Of a stretch of DNA of 64,000 nucleotides, positions 24,496-35,537 are shown piece by piece (position 1 is the stretch's first letter; the number at the start of each line of letters is the position of its first letter). Source of the DNA: Octopus sinensis (lineage: Eukaryota). The DNA lies in contig NC_042999.1 in NCBI RefSeq assembly GCF_006345805.1, positions 67,952,001-68,016,000 on the forward strand. The letters run 5' to 3'. The notes beneath the pieces are model-generated. The model ran no database searches. It was not told the DNA's origin and was given only the letters and a program-made list of their open reading frames with translations. Made by a program: the position numbers and the translations under genes.

Positions 24496-27400
24496 ATAAT
24501 AATAATAACAACAACAACAACAATGATAAAGTTTTCTTCATTGGCCATTGGGGCTCGAAGACATAAAAAATACGAAGTGACGTTAGCCAGGGGTTTTACA
24601 AAGAAAATGGTTTAGAGGCGAGTAAATTATACAAAGGCGGGAGGGTAGAGTGAAAGACGGTTAAAAAGTTAAAGGCACAAATATTTGTGCCTAAAAAATA
24701 CAAATAACTATAAAACACACCATAATTAAAGCAATCTATAATTAAAGTATACAAACGTGTAAAATTACTGGCTATGCCGAGTTAGAGGATCCTACATCTC
24801 TACCTGCCTGCCATTAATATTACTGCTGTCATGTGCACTTAAAACACTGGTTAACATTTTTGAGTCGGTTGGTGTCATAAAACCAATATCTTAAGGGTAA
24901 AGTTGTTATAGTTCATTATATATCTAAATTTTATTTTTACTAGCAGTCTATTTTTTGCATGTAGCCTATATTCCAAACTTAACTGTGCCTGATTTATCAC
25001 ACAAATATGTGATTTTATTTATTCGTTGATATTCTGATTTTCGAAGAACGACCCTGTTATTCTCCTCTTTATCTTTTACATTTTATTTAAGAAGGTCATC
25101 ATTGTTGTTTTGTATGAATTATTTCTCACATATTTTAGATGTTTCATGTTGATGATTTTTCATGCTTTTTTCCAGGGCAGGGCATAAAGCGATTTCTCCA
25201 GTTATTCCCTGGCTTTTGACTGATGGTGCTCTGGAAATTGAAGCTTGTTGTTTTTGTTGATGTCTCAGATGGTCAGCATTACTTTTGTTCCTAGTTTTCT
25301 TGCCCAGTCTTTCGAGATCTTTGAAACAGTTCTTACTATGAAAAATATTGCAGCGTTTTGCCCTCTGTCGTCAATCTCATGCCCATTTTCCCCGGTACTC
25401 TCAACCTGATGCATTCCTGATATAGCAGTGTGGCCTTCGAAAAACATTGGGATTTGTAAATCCAATTTGACACGTCGGCTTTTTTCGCTCTGCCTCAACC
25501 ATTCACATAAACTTTGATGCAAAAGTAACGACCAGTTATGGATTTACTTGCTTCCTATGTCTCTCTAATGGCCACTCTTGTACTTCATTGCTTATGTACT
25601 GAGGCTCAGTACGGCTAATAATTGTATAAGTTTGGTATGGCTAATAATGTATAAGCTCGGTATAGATAACAATTCCAGGTTGAAATTTGGTCGAGTCTTC
25701 AGTTTTGAAAGTGCAACAGATAATGCTATAAGTTTTCCTTTTCTTTTTTGAGAATATATCTTTCGAGCTGTCTTGAAGTATTTTACTTTTAGTTTTGAAT
25801 ATAGAATCAGACCGGATTCATATTCTATAGGATACGAATATATGATTTGTCTTGTTCTGTCACAGATTAGATTTTACGGCAAAGAAGCAATGTTGGGTCT
25901 TACAAAATTCTTCCAACTACTTCTGTTGTACTTGGATCTGTTTAAGTTGAAAAATTCTCTTTGTTCTGATTGTCTTAAAACCGAAGCAAGACTAGCTTTA
26001 ACACAACTACTAAATCAACAACTGAGAGAATTTGATTCTATGTAAAAGCAGCCACCTCTGTTGTTGTTACCAACGCTATTTTCAAAAGTACTTGTTAGAC
26101 TGCTTGGAATATTTTTACTACATGTTAATTTAAATATTTTCTTTCTTTCTTTTTTTGTTCATTTAGTTGCGTATTTTGTTTTAGCATTATATTTTTTTCT
26201 CCGATTGCTATTGGAATATTTTGTTGTGTACCGTAAGTATGTTGGATGGTCAGTTCAAATGTAAAAATGTCCTGCGTGAAATTAAATAGGAAAATATTTG
26301 CAAAACATAAAACTTGTTTGTTTTGTATCAAGGGTAGGTTTTCCCTAATTAATTACAATTCTTTTTATTAAACGCGGCAAAGAAAATTTTATTCAATTAT
26401 ACTATAACTATAGACTGGCTTCGCAACAAAATGAAAAGATATCTACGCTCCCAGAACCACCACCACCACCAAAAACAACAACAACAGCAGCAGCAACAAT
26501 AGCAACAATGATTACAAAAATTATTTCATTTATTTTGCCATTATGAATAATTACATACAAATTCATTTATATAATTACTGAATTGTTAAAATTTGTGGGC
26601 TGGGGTATTTTCAAAGCTGCGTGGTGATAAACAAAACATAGTTAGAAAAACGAGGGTAGTGGGTCAGAACCTTGTATAAAGGTAAAATTTGGGAATATTT
26701 GTTAAAATAAGGACATATATACATATATAAGTCAGTATACAGAAAACAATATCACGATTGTATATGCATACATATACATGTACACGTAGACGCTTACATG
26801 CACATATATATTAATACTCTTTTACAAAAGGTGCATACATAAATGCTAACGGTTGGCTCCCCATACAGACAGGTAGGAACAATCGATTAGATCTGGTTAA
26901 AACATACCAATCTCTATCCTCCTACTATTGATCGAAACTACTCCTAACATCGCTAGCATTTTTTGTCTGGAACGAGAAAAAAAAAGATGAAGTCCCACGT
27001 CTACCGGATTATCCTACTTTTCTTTCGTGGTAATATTCTAGTTTCGTACAATCGTCAGAGCCCTCAGATAAAATGCTCCGTAGCCTTTTTTTCTTCTGGT
27101 TGTTTATACATTTTGAGCTCGAATCCCACCGAAGTCAGCTTTGTTTTCCATCTCTCTAGAGTCGATAAGTTAATTACTAGTCAGGTACTGAGTTCGGTGG
27201 TAGCAATTTTATCCTCTCTCACAAGATTTCAAGCCTTGCACCTATATTAGAAATATTATTATTATTATTATTATTATTGACACTGACTTGTGTATATACT
27301 CTTAATACGTTCCGGTAGATTTGAACGTGAATATGCTAATCGGTGTTGTATTCGTCACAAGTGAACAGCTTTTCTTTTCCGCCGAATACGTGTTCATAAC

Positions 27401-27519
27401 GCATACTCGATTTATTAGCGCAAGAGACTTTAGGATGTTTGTGTTTCGCGTTGTTCTATCTCATCGGCCATAAGTACTAGGAATCGAGTCAATAGCTTTA
27501 TTTGCAATTTCATCTGACC

Positions 27520-27653
27520 AGGCGTAGGAGTGGCTGTGTGATAAGTAGCTTGCTTACGAACCACATGGTTCCGGGTTCAATCCCACTATAGCCTCGGGCA
27601 GACAAAAGCTTTGTGAGTGGATTTGGCAGACGGAAACTGAAAGAAGCCCGTCG

Positions 27654-27708
<55 letters not shown>

Positions 27709-27925
27709 ATGTTTGTGTGTGTGTGCGTATGCGTGTGTGTGTGTATGTTTGTGTGTCTGAGTTTGTCCCCCAGCATCGCTTGACAACCGATGCTGGTGTG
27801 TTTACGTCCCCGTAACTTAGCGGTTCGGCAACAGAGACCGATAGAGTAAGTACTAGGCTTACAAAGAATAAGGCAGTGCTCCAGCATGGCCACAGTCAAA
27901 TGACTGAAACAAGTAAAAGAGTAAA
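27520..27925 (+). mobile_element. SINE family A (small internal deletions)
   Basis: Head ggcgtaggagtggctgtgtgataag to tail caagtaaaagagtaaaag. Confidence 0.85.
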
Positions 27926-27934
27926 AGGGTAACC

Positions 27935-28100
27935 ACATGGCGTAGTGGTTAGAGTAGCGGACTCGCAGTCGAGGGATTGCGGGTTCGAATCTCAGACCGG
28001 GCGATGTGTGTGTTTATGAGCAAAACACCTCAGCTCCACGCGGTTCCGGCAGAAGGTAATGACGAACTTCTGACTCTTTCGCCACAACTTTCTCTCACTC
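27935..28100 (+). mobile_element. tRNA-derived SINE family E
   Basis: tggcgtagtggttagagtag (A box) ... gggttcgaatctc (B box), followed by a non-tRNA body. Confidence 0.7.
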
Positions 28101-28170
28101 CTTCATCAAGATGAGGAACAAAATCGGGAAACAGGCCTTTATGAGCCAGGCATGGTTCGAGAAGGAACAA

Positions 28171-28238
<68 letters not shown>

Positions 28239-28697
28239 GGGAGGTCGAGGCTTGATCCAGCTTGAACTTACGTACAAAACCACCACAATCGGACTGGCCA
28301 AATACCTTTAAACAACCAACAATTGGATGCTAAAACTTGTTGAAAAACCTGAGAGACCGAAAAAAACTTCACTCTATTCTGAAAGAGAGCATTTCCTTTG
28401 CTACTGCTACTGCAAAGAAAATAAAATTAATTGTAAAGACAAAAGCACACGAAAAATTAGCTAGCAGATGGGAACAGAAATCTCTGCATGGCAAGTATGT
28501 GGCCCGTAGCAAACAAGCTGATGTCGACCAGAAACACACGCATCAATGGTTACGAAGCTCAATGGCTAAAAGCAGAGAGTGAAGGTTTCATATTAGCTGC
28601 TCAAGACCAAAGCTTATTAACCCGGAACTACCAAACCAATCTGATAAAAAATGGAGCTGACCCAAAATGCCGATTCTGTAACGATGAGATTGAAAAT
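28239..28697 (+). mobile_element. Dong/R4 fragment following (AAT)n
   Basis: GGRGLIQLELTYKTTTIGL, LHGKY, HQWLRSS, LKAESEGFILAAQDQSLLTRNY, KCRFCN; homologous to 22250-22760. Confidence 0.85.
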
Positions 28698-29362
28698 CCC
28701 CGAAAAAATTTTTCCTACAAATTTTTTTATAATCGTAATTTATATTGTTTGAAAGGGATCTATATAAATTTTCATTAAAAGATACCAATTTTCCTGAAAG
28801 TTATGAGGGAAAAAAGTTAGATCGTATGAATTTGCCAAAAGTCTTCTCTCCACCCCTTCGGAAAAATTCTTTCTCATAAATCCCTATATACTCTGAAGCC
28901 ACAACATCTAAGCGGTGTTTGTAGAAAATTTTGTTAAAAAATATCCATTTTCTGCATGTTATGAGACAAAAGAATCGGGGGCATATACATCTGTAGTAAT
29001 GTCCTTACGATTTTTTCGTTCTTTGTTTGCAATGTTCTCTCTCCCCCTCTTTATCTCACACACACACTGCAACGTTTACAGATGGGCTGCTGAAATGTAA
29101 TCTCTATGTTGCTTTGAGAGGAAAGTAAAACTTGACAAATTCACTCACCCTCTGTTATTGGACTACCGTGATGTTTGTTTAAAAGACAAAGATTATGACT
29201 GTGATGAAAGCAATATTTACTAAGCAAGTGAGCTCTATTATACAAAGAAATAATTAGGCTAAAATATAAAAATTATTAGAATTGAGAATCAAATGTGAAA
29301 AAAATTTATCAAGACACCAGCAGAAAACCGCCCGGAGGGAGTCTTTCTGCTAGTGCGCGCGC

Positions 29363-29460
<98 letters not shown>

Positions 29461-29624
29461 GAGCTTCTGCATAGTTTCCGCTTGCCAACTTCACTCACAT
29501 GGCATTGGTCGGCCTGGAGCGTATAGTAGAAAACACCTGCCCAATGCGCCGCACAGTGGGACAGAGCCCAAAACCATACAGTTACTAATCGATCTTCTCG
29601 CTGCTTAACCACACAGCCATACCA

Positions 29625-29800
29625 GGGCCTCTGAACATATATGCAGAACCTATAGACAATAATACTACCAGGCACGGCACGCATATAGCAAAAATTTCTT
29701 TCAATGCAAGAAAAAGCACAAAAAGCGGTAAACATGAAACTACGCATGCGCAAAGCCCACAGAACTGAGGTCGGTAGCGCTGTGAAAGCACGCGATAAAT
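29625..29800 (+). mobile_element. Dong-like 3' end remnant
   Basis: ...atactaccaggcacggcacgcatatag (LLGTAHIL-like) and tail ggtcggtagcgctgtgaaagcacgcgataaat, matching the Dong 3' UTR. Confidence 0.55.
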
Positions 29801-29958
29801 GTTAGAATACTCAAAACTATGTGTTGTTGTTGTTGTTTTCTTTTATATTTATTTTATAAAACTTTTAATTGAAAACGAATCAAATTATATTGCAGAGAAA
29901 TTAAAGAAATTGTTCATTTGTAAACCTGTTTCAAAGTGGTATTATGTCTTTCAGAAGA

Positions 29959-29989
<31 letters not shown>

Positions 29990-30018
29990 TTCTCTTAGCC
30001 TCATTCTCTCTTAGTCTC

Positions 30019-30059
<41 letters not shown>

Positions 30060-31319
30060 GCCTTTTTCAAAGTGGTATTATTTCAGAAGATCTAACTCTT
30101 TCTTCTTCTCTCTCTCTTTCTCTCTCTCTCAGCCTCATTCTCTCTTAGTCTCACCCTCTCTTAGCCTTTCTCACCCTCACTTAGTCTTTCTCTCATTCTG
30201 CCGTTCTTTCTCTTTGCTTCTCTCTCTCTACCTCTCTCTGCCTCTCTCTCTCTCTCTGCCTTTTTCTCTGTTACTCTCAACCCCACTGTCTCTCCTCTCT
30301 CTTCGTGACCCTCTCTCTTTCACTCTCTCTCTTGCATGCTTATTCAAACCTACATATATATAGAAATACATACATACTAACATACATACTTACTTACATA
30401 CATACATACTTACATAAATACATACATACTATATATATACACACACACACATATATATATGTGCACACATTCAAAAGCATTAATATGCATTCATATATAT
30501 ACAGACACATACATAAACATACATACACACGCTGACATAAATATGTGTGTGTACGTATGTATGTATGTAACGTACATATATACACAGACATAGACATACA
30601 CACGTACGCACATACGTACAGCCATCCATAAACATACATATTCATTCATGTATACATACGCATGTAATTATGCACACACATATATTCGCATGTGTATTAA
30701 TATATATATATGTGTGTGTATGTCTATGTATACACGTACATATGCACACTCACACTCACACACACACATATATATATCCATACTCCCCCCCACACACACA
30801 CAGAAAGATGGTCTCTTTTTTTTTAATGTGTTCCGTTGCTCCACTTCTCGAAATCAGCCGGAAAAAAAAATGAGTCACAGAGGAGAAATAACGAAAAGGC
30901 TGAAAAAGCTGGCATTCGTGAAAATTGCAAATGGAAGTACCATTACTCACTTCTCTGACAGGCATGAAAACCATAGAGCTGCAACCGGTGCAGTTGCTGC
31001 TGCTGATGATGATGATGATGATGATGATAATGATGCTGATGATACTACTGGTTGTTGAGTGCGAGTATGATTGTGAGTGATAACTCAAAATGAATAACAA
31101 ATAAATAAAAATGATATAATCAATTCACTTTTTTGAGTGTATTGTTTCTGATGATTTTGTGCCAATCTAAGAAATCAGTTACGGAGATGTACTTGCATAG
31201 CAAGTGATTTGATCTGAGATCGTGTGCTGAAAAGAAAACAATTACAGCGTGGAGGGTGTTTGTAAGCCATTTAAGAAACACACAAAAGCCGTTCGATTCA
31301 CTTCAACATTTAAGTTTAA

Positions 31320-31370
31320 TTTGTCAAAATATTTTCGTCGCTTTAAGGCAGCGACCTGTTCACTGACAAA
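31320..31370 (-). ncRNA. Type I hammerhead motif with G3-C8 core (GUGAACA)
   Basis: UUUGUCA-GUGAACA-G-GUCGC-UGCCUUAAA-GCGAC-GAAA-AUAU-UU/UGACAAA. Confidence 0.7.
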
Positions 31371-31393
31371 AATCCGTGATGCAGCATGGATTT

Positions 31394-31444
31394 TTTGTCA
31401 GTGAACAGGTCGCGGTCTTAAAGCGACGAAAATATTTTGACAAA
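31394..31444 (+). ncRNA. Type I hammerhead motif with G3-C8 core (GUGAACA)
   Basis: UUUGUCA-GUGAACA-G-GUCGC-GGUCUUAAA-GCGAC-GAAA-AUAU-UU/UGACAAA; 7-bp stem I, 5-bp stem II, palindromic AAUAUU stem III. Confidence 0.7.
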
Positions 31445-31519
31445 GTAAACTTAAATGTTGAAGTGAATCGAACGGCTTTTGTGTGTTTCTTAAGAAATCA
31501 GTTTATGATAATAATAACA

Positions 31520-32545
31520 ATCTTTTCTACTATAGGCACAAAGCCTGGAATTTAGGGTGAGGGGACCAGTCCATTACATCGACCCCACTGGTATTTAATA
31601 TATCGACTCCGAAAGGATGACAGGCAAAGTCGACCTCGGCGGAATTCGAACTCAGAACATAAAGACAGACGAAATACCGCTAGAAATTTTTGTCCGGTGT
31701 GCTAATGATTCTTATTTTTTTATTGCCCACAAGGGGACAAACATAGAGGGGACAAACAAGGACAGAAAAAGGGACTAAGTCGATTTACATCGACCCCAGT
31801 GCGTGACTGGTACTTAATTTATCGACCCCGAAAGGATGAAAGGCAAAGTCGACCTCAGCGGAATTTGAATTCAGAACGTAGCGGCAGACGAAATACCTAT
31901 TTCTTTACTACCCACAAGGGGCTAAACACAGAAGGGACAAACAAGGACAGACAAAGGGACTAGGGACAAACAAGGACAGACAGAGGGACTAAGTCGATTA
32001 CATCGACCCCAGTGCGTAACTGGTACTTAATTTATCGACCCCGAAAGGATGAAAGGCAAAGTCGACCTCGGCGGAATTTGAACTCAGAACGTAGCGGCAG
32101 ACGAAATACCTATTTCTTTATTACCCACAAGGGGCTAAACATAGAAGGGACAAACAAGGACAGACATAGGTATTAAGTCGATTACATCGACCCCAGTGCG
32201 TAACTTTATCGACCCCGAAAGGATGAAAGGTAATTTAAACTCACAACGTAGCGGCAGACGAAATACCGTTAAGCATTTCGCCCAGCGTGCTAACGATTCT
32301 GCCAGCTCGAATTCTTTCTACAGTCGGCACAAGGCCTGAAATTCTGGTGGGGGGAAGTCCCAGTCGATTGCATCGACCCCAGTATTCAGCTGGTACTTTA
32401 GTTCATCAATCCCAAAGGATGACAAGCAAAGTCGGCAGAACTCAGAACATAATTTGAACTCGGAACATAAAGAAGGACGAAATTTTTATTTTTTTGTGGC
32501 ATTTTGTCTGGCATGCTAATGAGTCTGCCATCTTACCGCTTTAAT
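31520..32545 (-). mobile_element. SINE family B concatemer and cluster (about 5 units)
   Basis: Repeated gcggcagacgaaatacc/tatttcttta junctions after 31897 and 32110. Confidence 0.9.
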
Positions 32546-32566
32546 TTATAATAATAATAATAATTA

Positions 32567-32621
<55 letters not shown>

Positions 32622-32622
<1 letters not shown>

Positions 32623-33178
32623 AATTCCCTGATGCAGTACCAGACAGTGGCTTTCATGGGTTCTGATCTTAAATGATTGGAAATGTTATGTACATTGTTT
32701 TGTCTTGGTATAAAAGATGGACTACAGCAAATATTCTGCTCAGTACCAAAGATTTGTTTGTCAGTTGCTTGACCTTAACCAGTTGAGCATGTTCCTAGGT
32801 TGCTGACGATATGTGCATCTCTGATCACGAGCAGAAGTAGTGGGAGGAGCATCATAGCCATGTGTTGAGAGGGATTCTTTGGGGTTTGGATAATTCACCT
32901 TTGGAAACAGGGTTGTTTCGTTCAACATCCTTAAGCAGACCTTATTCAAGGGCCTTTTGAACGGGATGGGATACTTGACCTGAAGAAAATTCTAACTAGG
33001 CCCTACTTGCAAGGCCATGCGTTGTTTATCTTGATATGAGATCCCCATGTCGCGCACATATGGTTGTGATGCATGTGCCTGGTGTACCTTTATCGGACAA
33101 GGTAGTCATGATGGGTATACTGGGCTTCGGATATTTTACCCCAGTGTCACTTTGATGGCATGCGCTGCTCTCTTCCTC
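32622..33178 (+). mobile_element. Family C element
   Basis: Homologous to 23476-24071; flanked by (TAT)n and (TAG)n. Confidence 0.85.
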
Positions 33179-33180
33179 AA

Positions 33181-33251
<71 letters not shown>

Positions 33252-33482
33252 AATTTTCTTTCCTTTTCCCCTTATTTTCTTTGTTTTCTTTTTTCATTTT
33301 ATCTTTTTTTCTCTTTCTTTCTTCTGTCATTCTTCCCTTTTTTTTCTGTCACATAACTTTGTAAATGTCCAATCTAATGTTTTATTTTGATGGCCTACCA
33401 ATATATACTGTGTTTCTTTGCCCTAGAAGAAATGGAAGTGAAATTGATAGATGACAATAACAACAACAACAACAACAACAAC

Positions 33483-33550
<68 letters not shown>

Positions 33551-33553
<3 letters not shown>

Positions 33554-33996
33554 TGGGCTACAGCAAATATTCTGCTCAATACCACAGATTTGCCTGTCAG
33601 TTGTTTGACCGTAACCAGTTGAGCATGATCCTTAGTGTCTGATGATATGTGCATCTCTGATCACGAGCAGAAGTAGTGGGGAGCATCATAGCCGTGTGTT
33701 GAAAGGAATTCTTGGAGGTTTGGGTAATTCACCTTTGGAAACATGGGTGGCTCGTTCAACATCCTTAAGCAATCCTTATTCAAGGACCTTTTGAGCAGGA
33801 TAGGCTACTCGATCAGAACAAAATTTTAACTGGGCCCCACCTGCAAGGTCATGCGCTGTTTATCTTGATATAAGATCACCATGTCGTGCACATATGGTTG
33901 TGATGCATGTGCCTGGTGTACCCTTATCAGACGGGTAGTCATGATGGGTAAACTGGGCTTCGTGTATATTAATCCAGTGTCACTGCTCTCTCACTC
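33551..33996 (+). mobile_element. Family C element, 5'-truncated, in (AAT)n
   Basis: Starts at aaatgggctacagcaaatattc; same 3' end tcactc followed by aataat. Confidence 0.85.
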
Positions 33997-34219
33997 AATA
34001 ATTATAATAATAATAATCCTTTCTACTGGAAGCACAAGACCTCAAATTTGGGGTAAGCGATTAAACAGATTATATTTAATCGACCCCGAAAGGATGAAAG
34101 GCAAAGTCGACCCCAGCGGAATTTGAAATCAGAACATAAAGACAGACCAATGCCTTGCGAGAGAATTTGGTAGACGGGTAATGTGTGGAAGCTCGTGGTG
34201 TATATATATATATATATAT

Positions 34220-34271
<52 letters not shown>

Positions 34272-34354
34272 AAAGTAAAAGAGGGAGAAGAAACACTTCT
34301 TCATTCACATCCAGACAAACTTTCTAATCAGTCACTGGGAGGTGGGGGGGGGGC

Positions 34355-34590
34355 ATAGCGAACTGGCAGACACGTTAGCGCACCGGACGAAATGCTAAGC
34401 AGTATTTCGTCTGCCGTTACGTTCTGAGTTCAAATTCCGCCGAGGTCGACTTTGTTTTTCATCCTTTCGGGGTCGATAAATTAAGTACCAGTTACGCACT
34501 GGCGTCGATGTAATCGGCTTAATCCGTTTGTCTGTCCTTGTTTGTCCCCTCTGTGTTTAGCCCCTTGTGGGTACTAAAGAAATATATGTA
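34355..34590 (+). mobile_element. SINE family B, full length
   Basis: gcgaactggcagacacgttagc...gccccttgtgggtactaaagaaata. Confidence 0.9.
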
Positions 34591-35189
34591 TACATATATA
34601 TAATTTTTTTAAAAATTTTAATTGATTTATATAGTTTGTACATTAATCGTGAAACTAGTTTTGTATTGACCACCGTAACTAATAAAATCGACTTCATCTA
34701 TCTCGCTCGCCTTATATCATTTTCGTACCGTTTGTTTTCATTTTATTTTTATTTAAAAAAAAACAACGGCCAATCAACACGTTGGAGTTCGGCTTTAACT
34801 GCTCTTTAACTGCTTTTTCTCCCGAGAGAGTCTAGACATGTAGAGAAGGTAAAAGTTGTACAGTCCTTCGCATAAGATCCTCCACCGCCGTCGGCGCCGA
34901 CAGAAAGAAGGAAAAACTGAAATTGATTACGGTATTTATATAAGTTGGAAAGCTTGATGTAGGTCAGAGAACAATGAGAAGTAGTGAGTTTATCTTTCTC
35001 GAACTCTATTTAATCTAAGAATGTTAACGTAATAGAACCTAAGTGTAAAAGCTGGCTTTCATAAATATCTAAGGCCGAGAACAATAGGAAACGGGCTTGT
35101 AGGAAAATGTAGATTCGGTTTCAAATCCTGGTTTAGAATCTAGGAAGCTAATAGTTACACACACATGCACACCCGCACGCACACACATG

Positions 35190-35220
<31 letters not shown>

Positions 35221-35234
35221 CAACCGGTGATTGT

Positions 35235-35279
35235 CGTGCGCTGATGACGGGTCAATACCCAGAAACTGCAGCCCGTGCG
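35235..35279 (+). ncRNA. Degenerate hammerhead motif at the start of a Penelope-like terminal repeat
   Basis: CGUGCG-CUGAUGA-C-GGGU-CAAU-ACCC-A-GAAA-CUGCAG-CC/CGUGCG; cleavage triplet GCC instead of GUH, and an extra A before GAAA. Confidence 0.55.
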
Positions 35280-35491
35280 TATCACTTAGGGTGACGAGGG
35301 AAGGATGACCTCCCTTTGCAAATACCGATAGGGCACAGAAAGTGTGTCAATAGCCAGCTAGAGAAGATGTTCTCCTGGGGCTACAAGCTACAGTAACATC
35401 CACCCTTAGTGGTTAGCCATACTGGGATGGCAAATATACTTCACAGTGTCGTGCAGTTACTGTCTATACCTCGTTCAGAGATTTATTATTG

Positions 35492-35537
<46 letters not shown>

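Larger units (their letters stand above)
31181..31490. mobile_element. Palindromic HHR-bearing insertion with a 13-bp target-site duplication
   Basis: TAAGAAATCAGTT at 31168-31180 and 31491-31503; near-perfect palindrome 31271-31493 centred on TGCA (31380-31383). Confidence 0.85.

Noticed and set aside
24740-26400. Strand-asymmetric unique-looking region with short ORFs
   Set aside because: Multiple stops in all frames and no recognisable motif; probably an old LINE remnant, but I cannot assign it.
27035-27065. Minus-strand CUGACGA-UUGUAC-GAAAC motif
   Set aside because: No stem II, no NUH and no stem I; lies within a SINE B remnant, so probably chance.
27935-28010. Possible tRNA gene
   Set aside because: A and B boxes are present, but I could not form an acceptor stem and the sequence continues into a SINE body. 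The same applies to the SINE A, B and D heads.
29040-29270. Polypyrimidine tract plus tttacag and a later gtgag, suggesting an exon
   Set aside because: All three frames contain stops shortly after the acceptor.
30648-31058. 136-aa ORF with an acidic tail
   Set aside because: Built from CA/TA and (GAT)n repeats; no domain signature.
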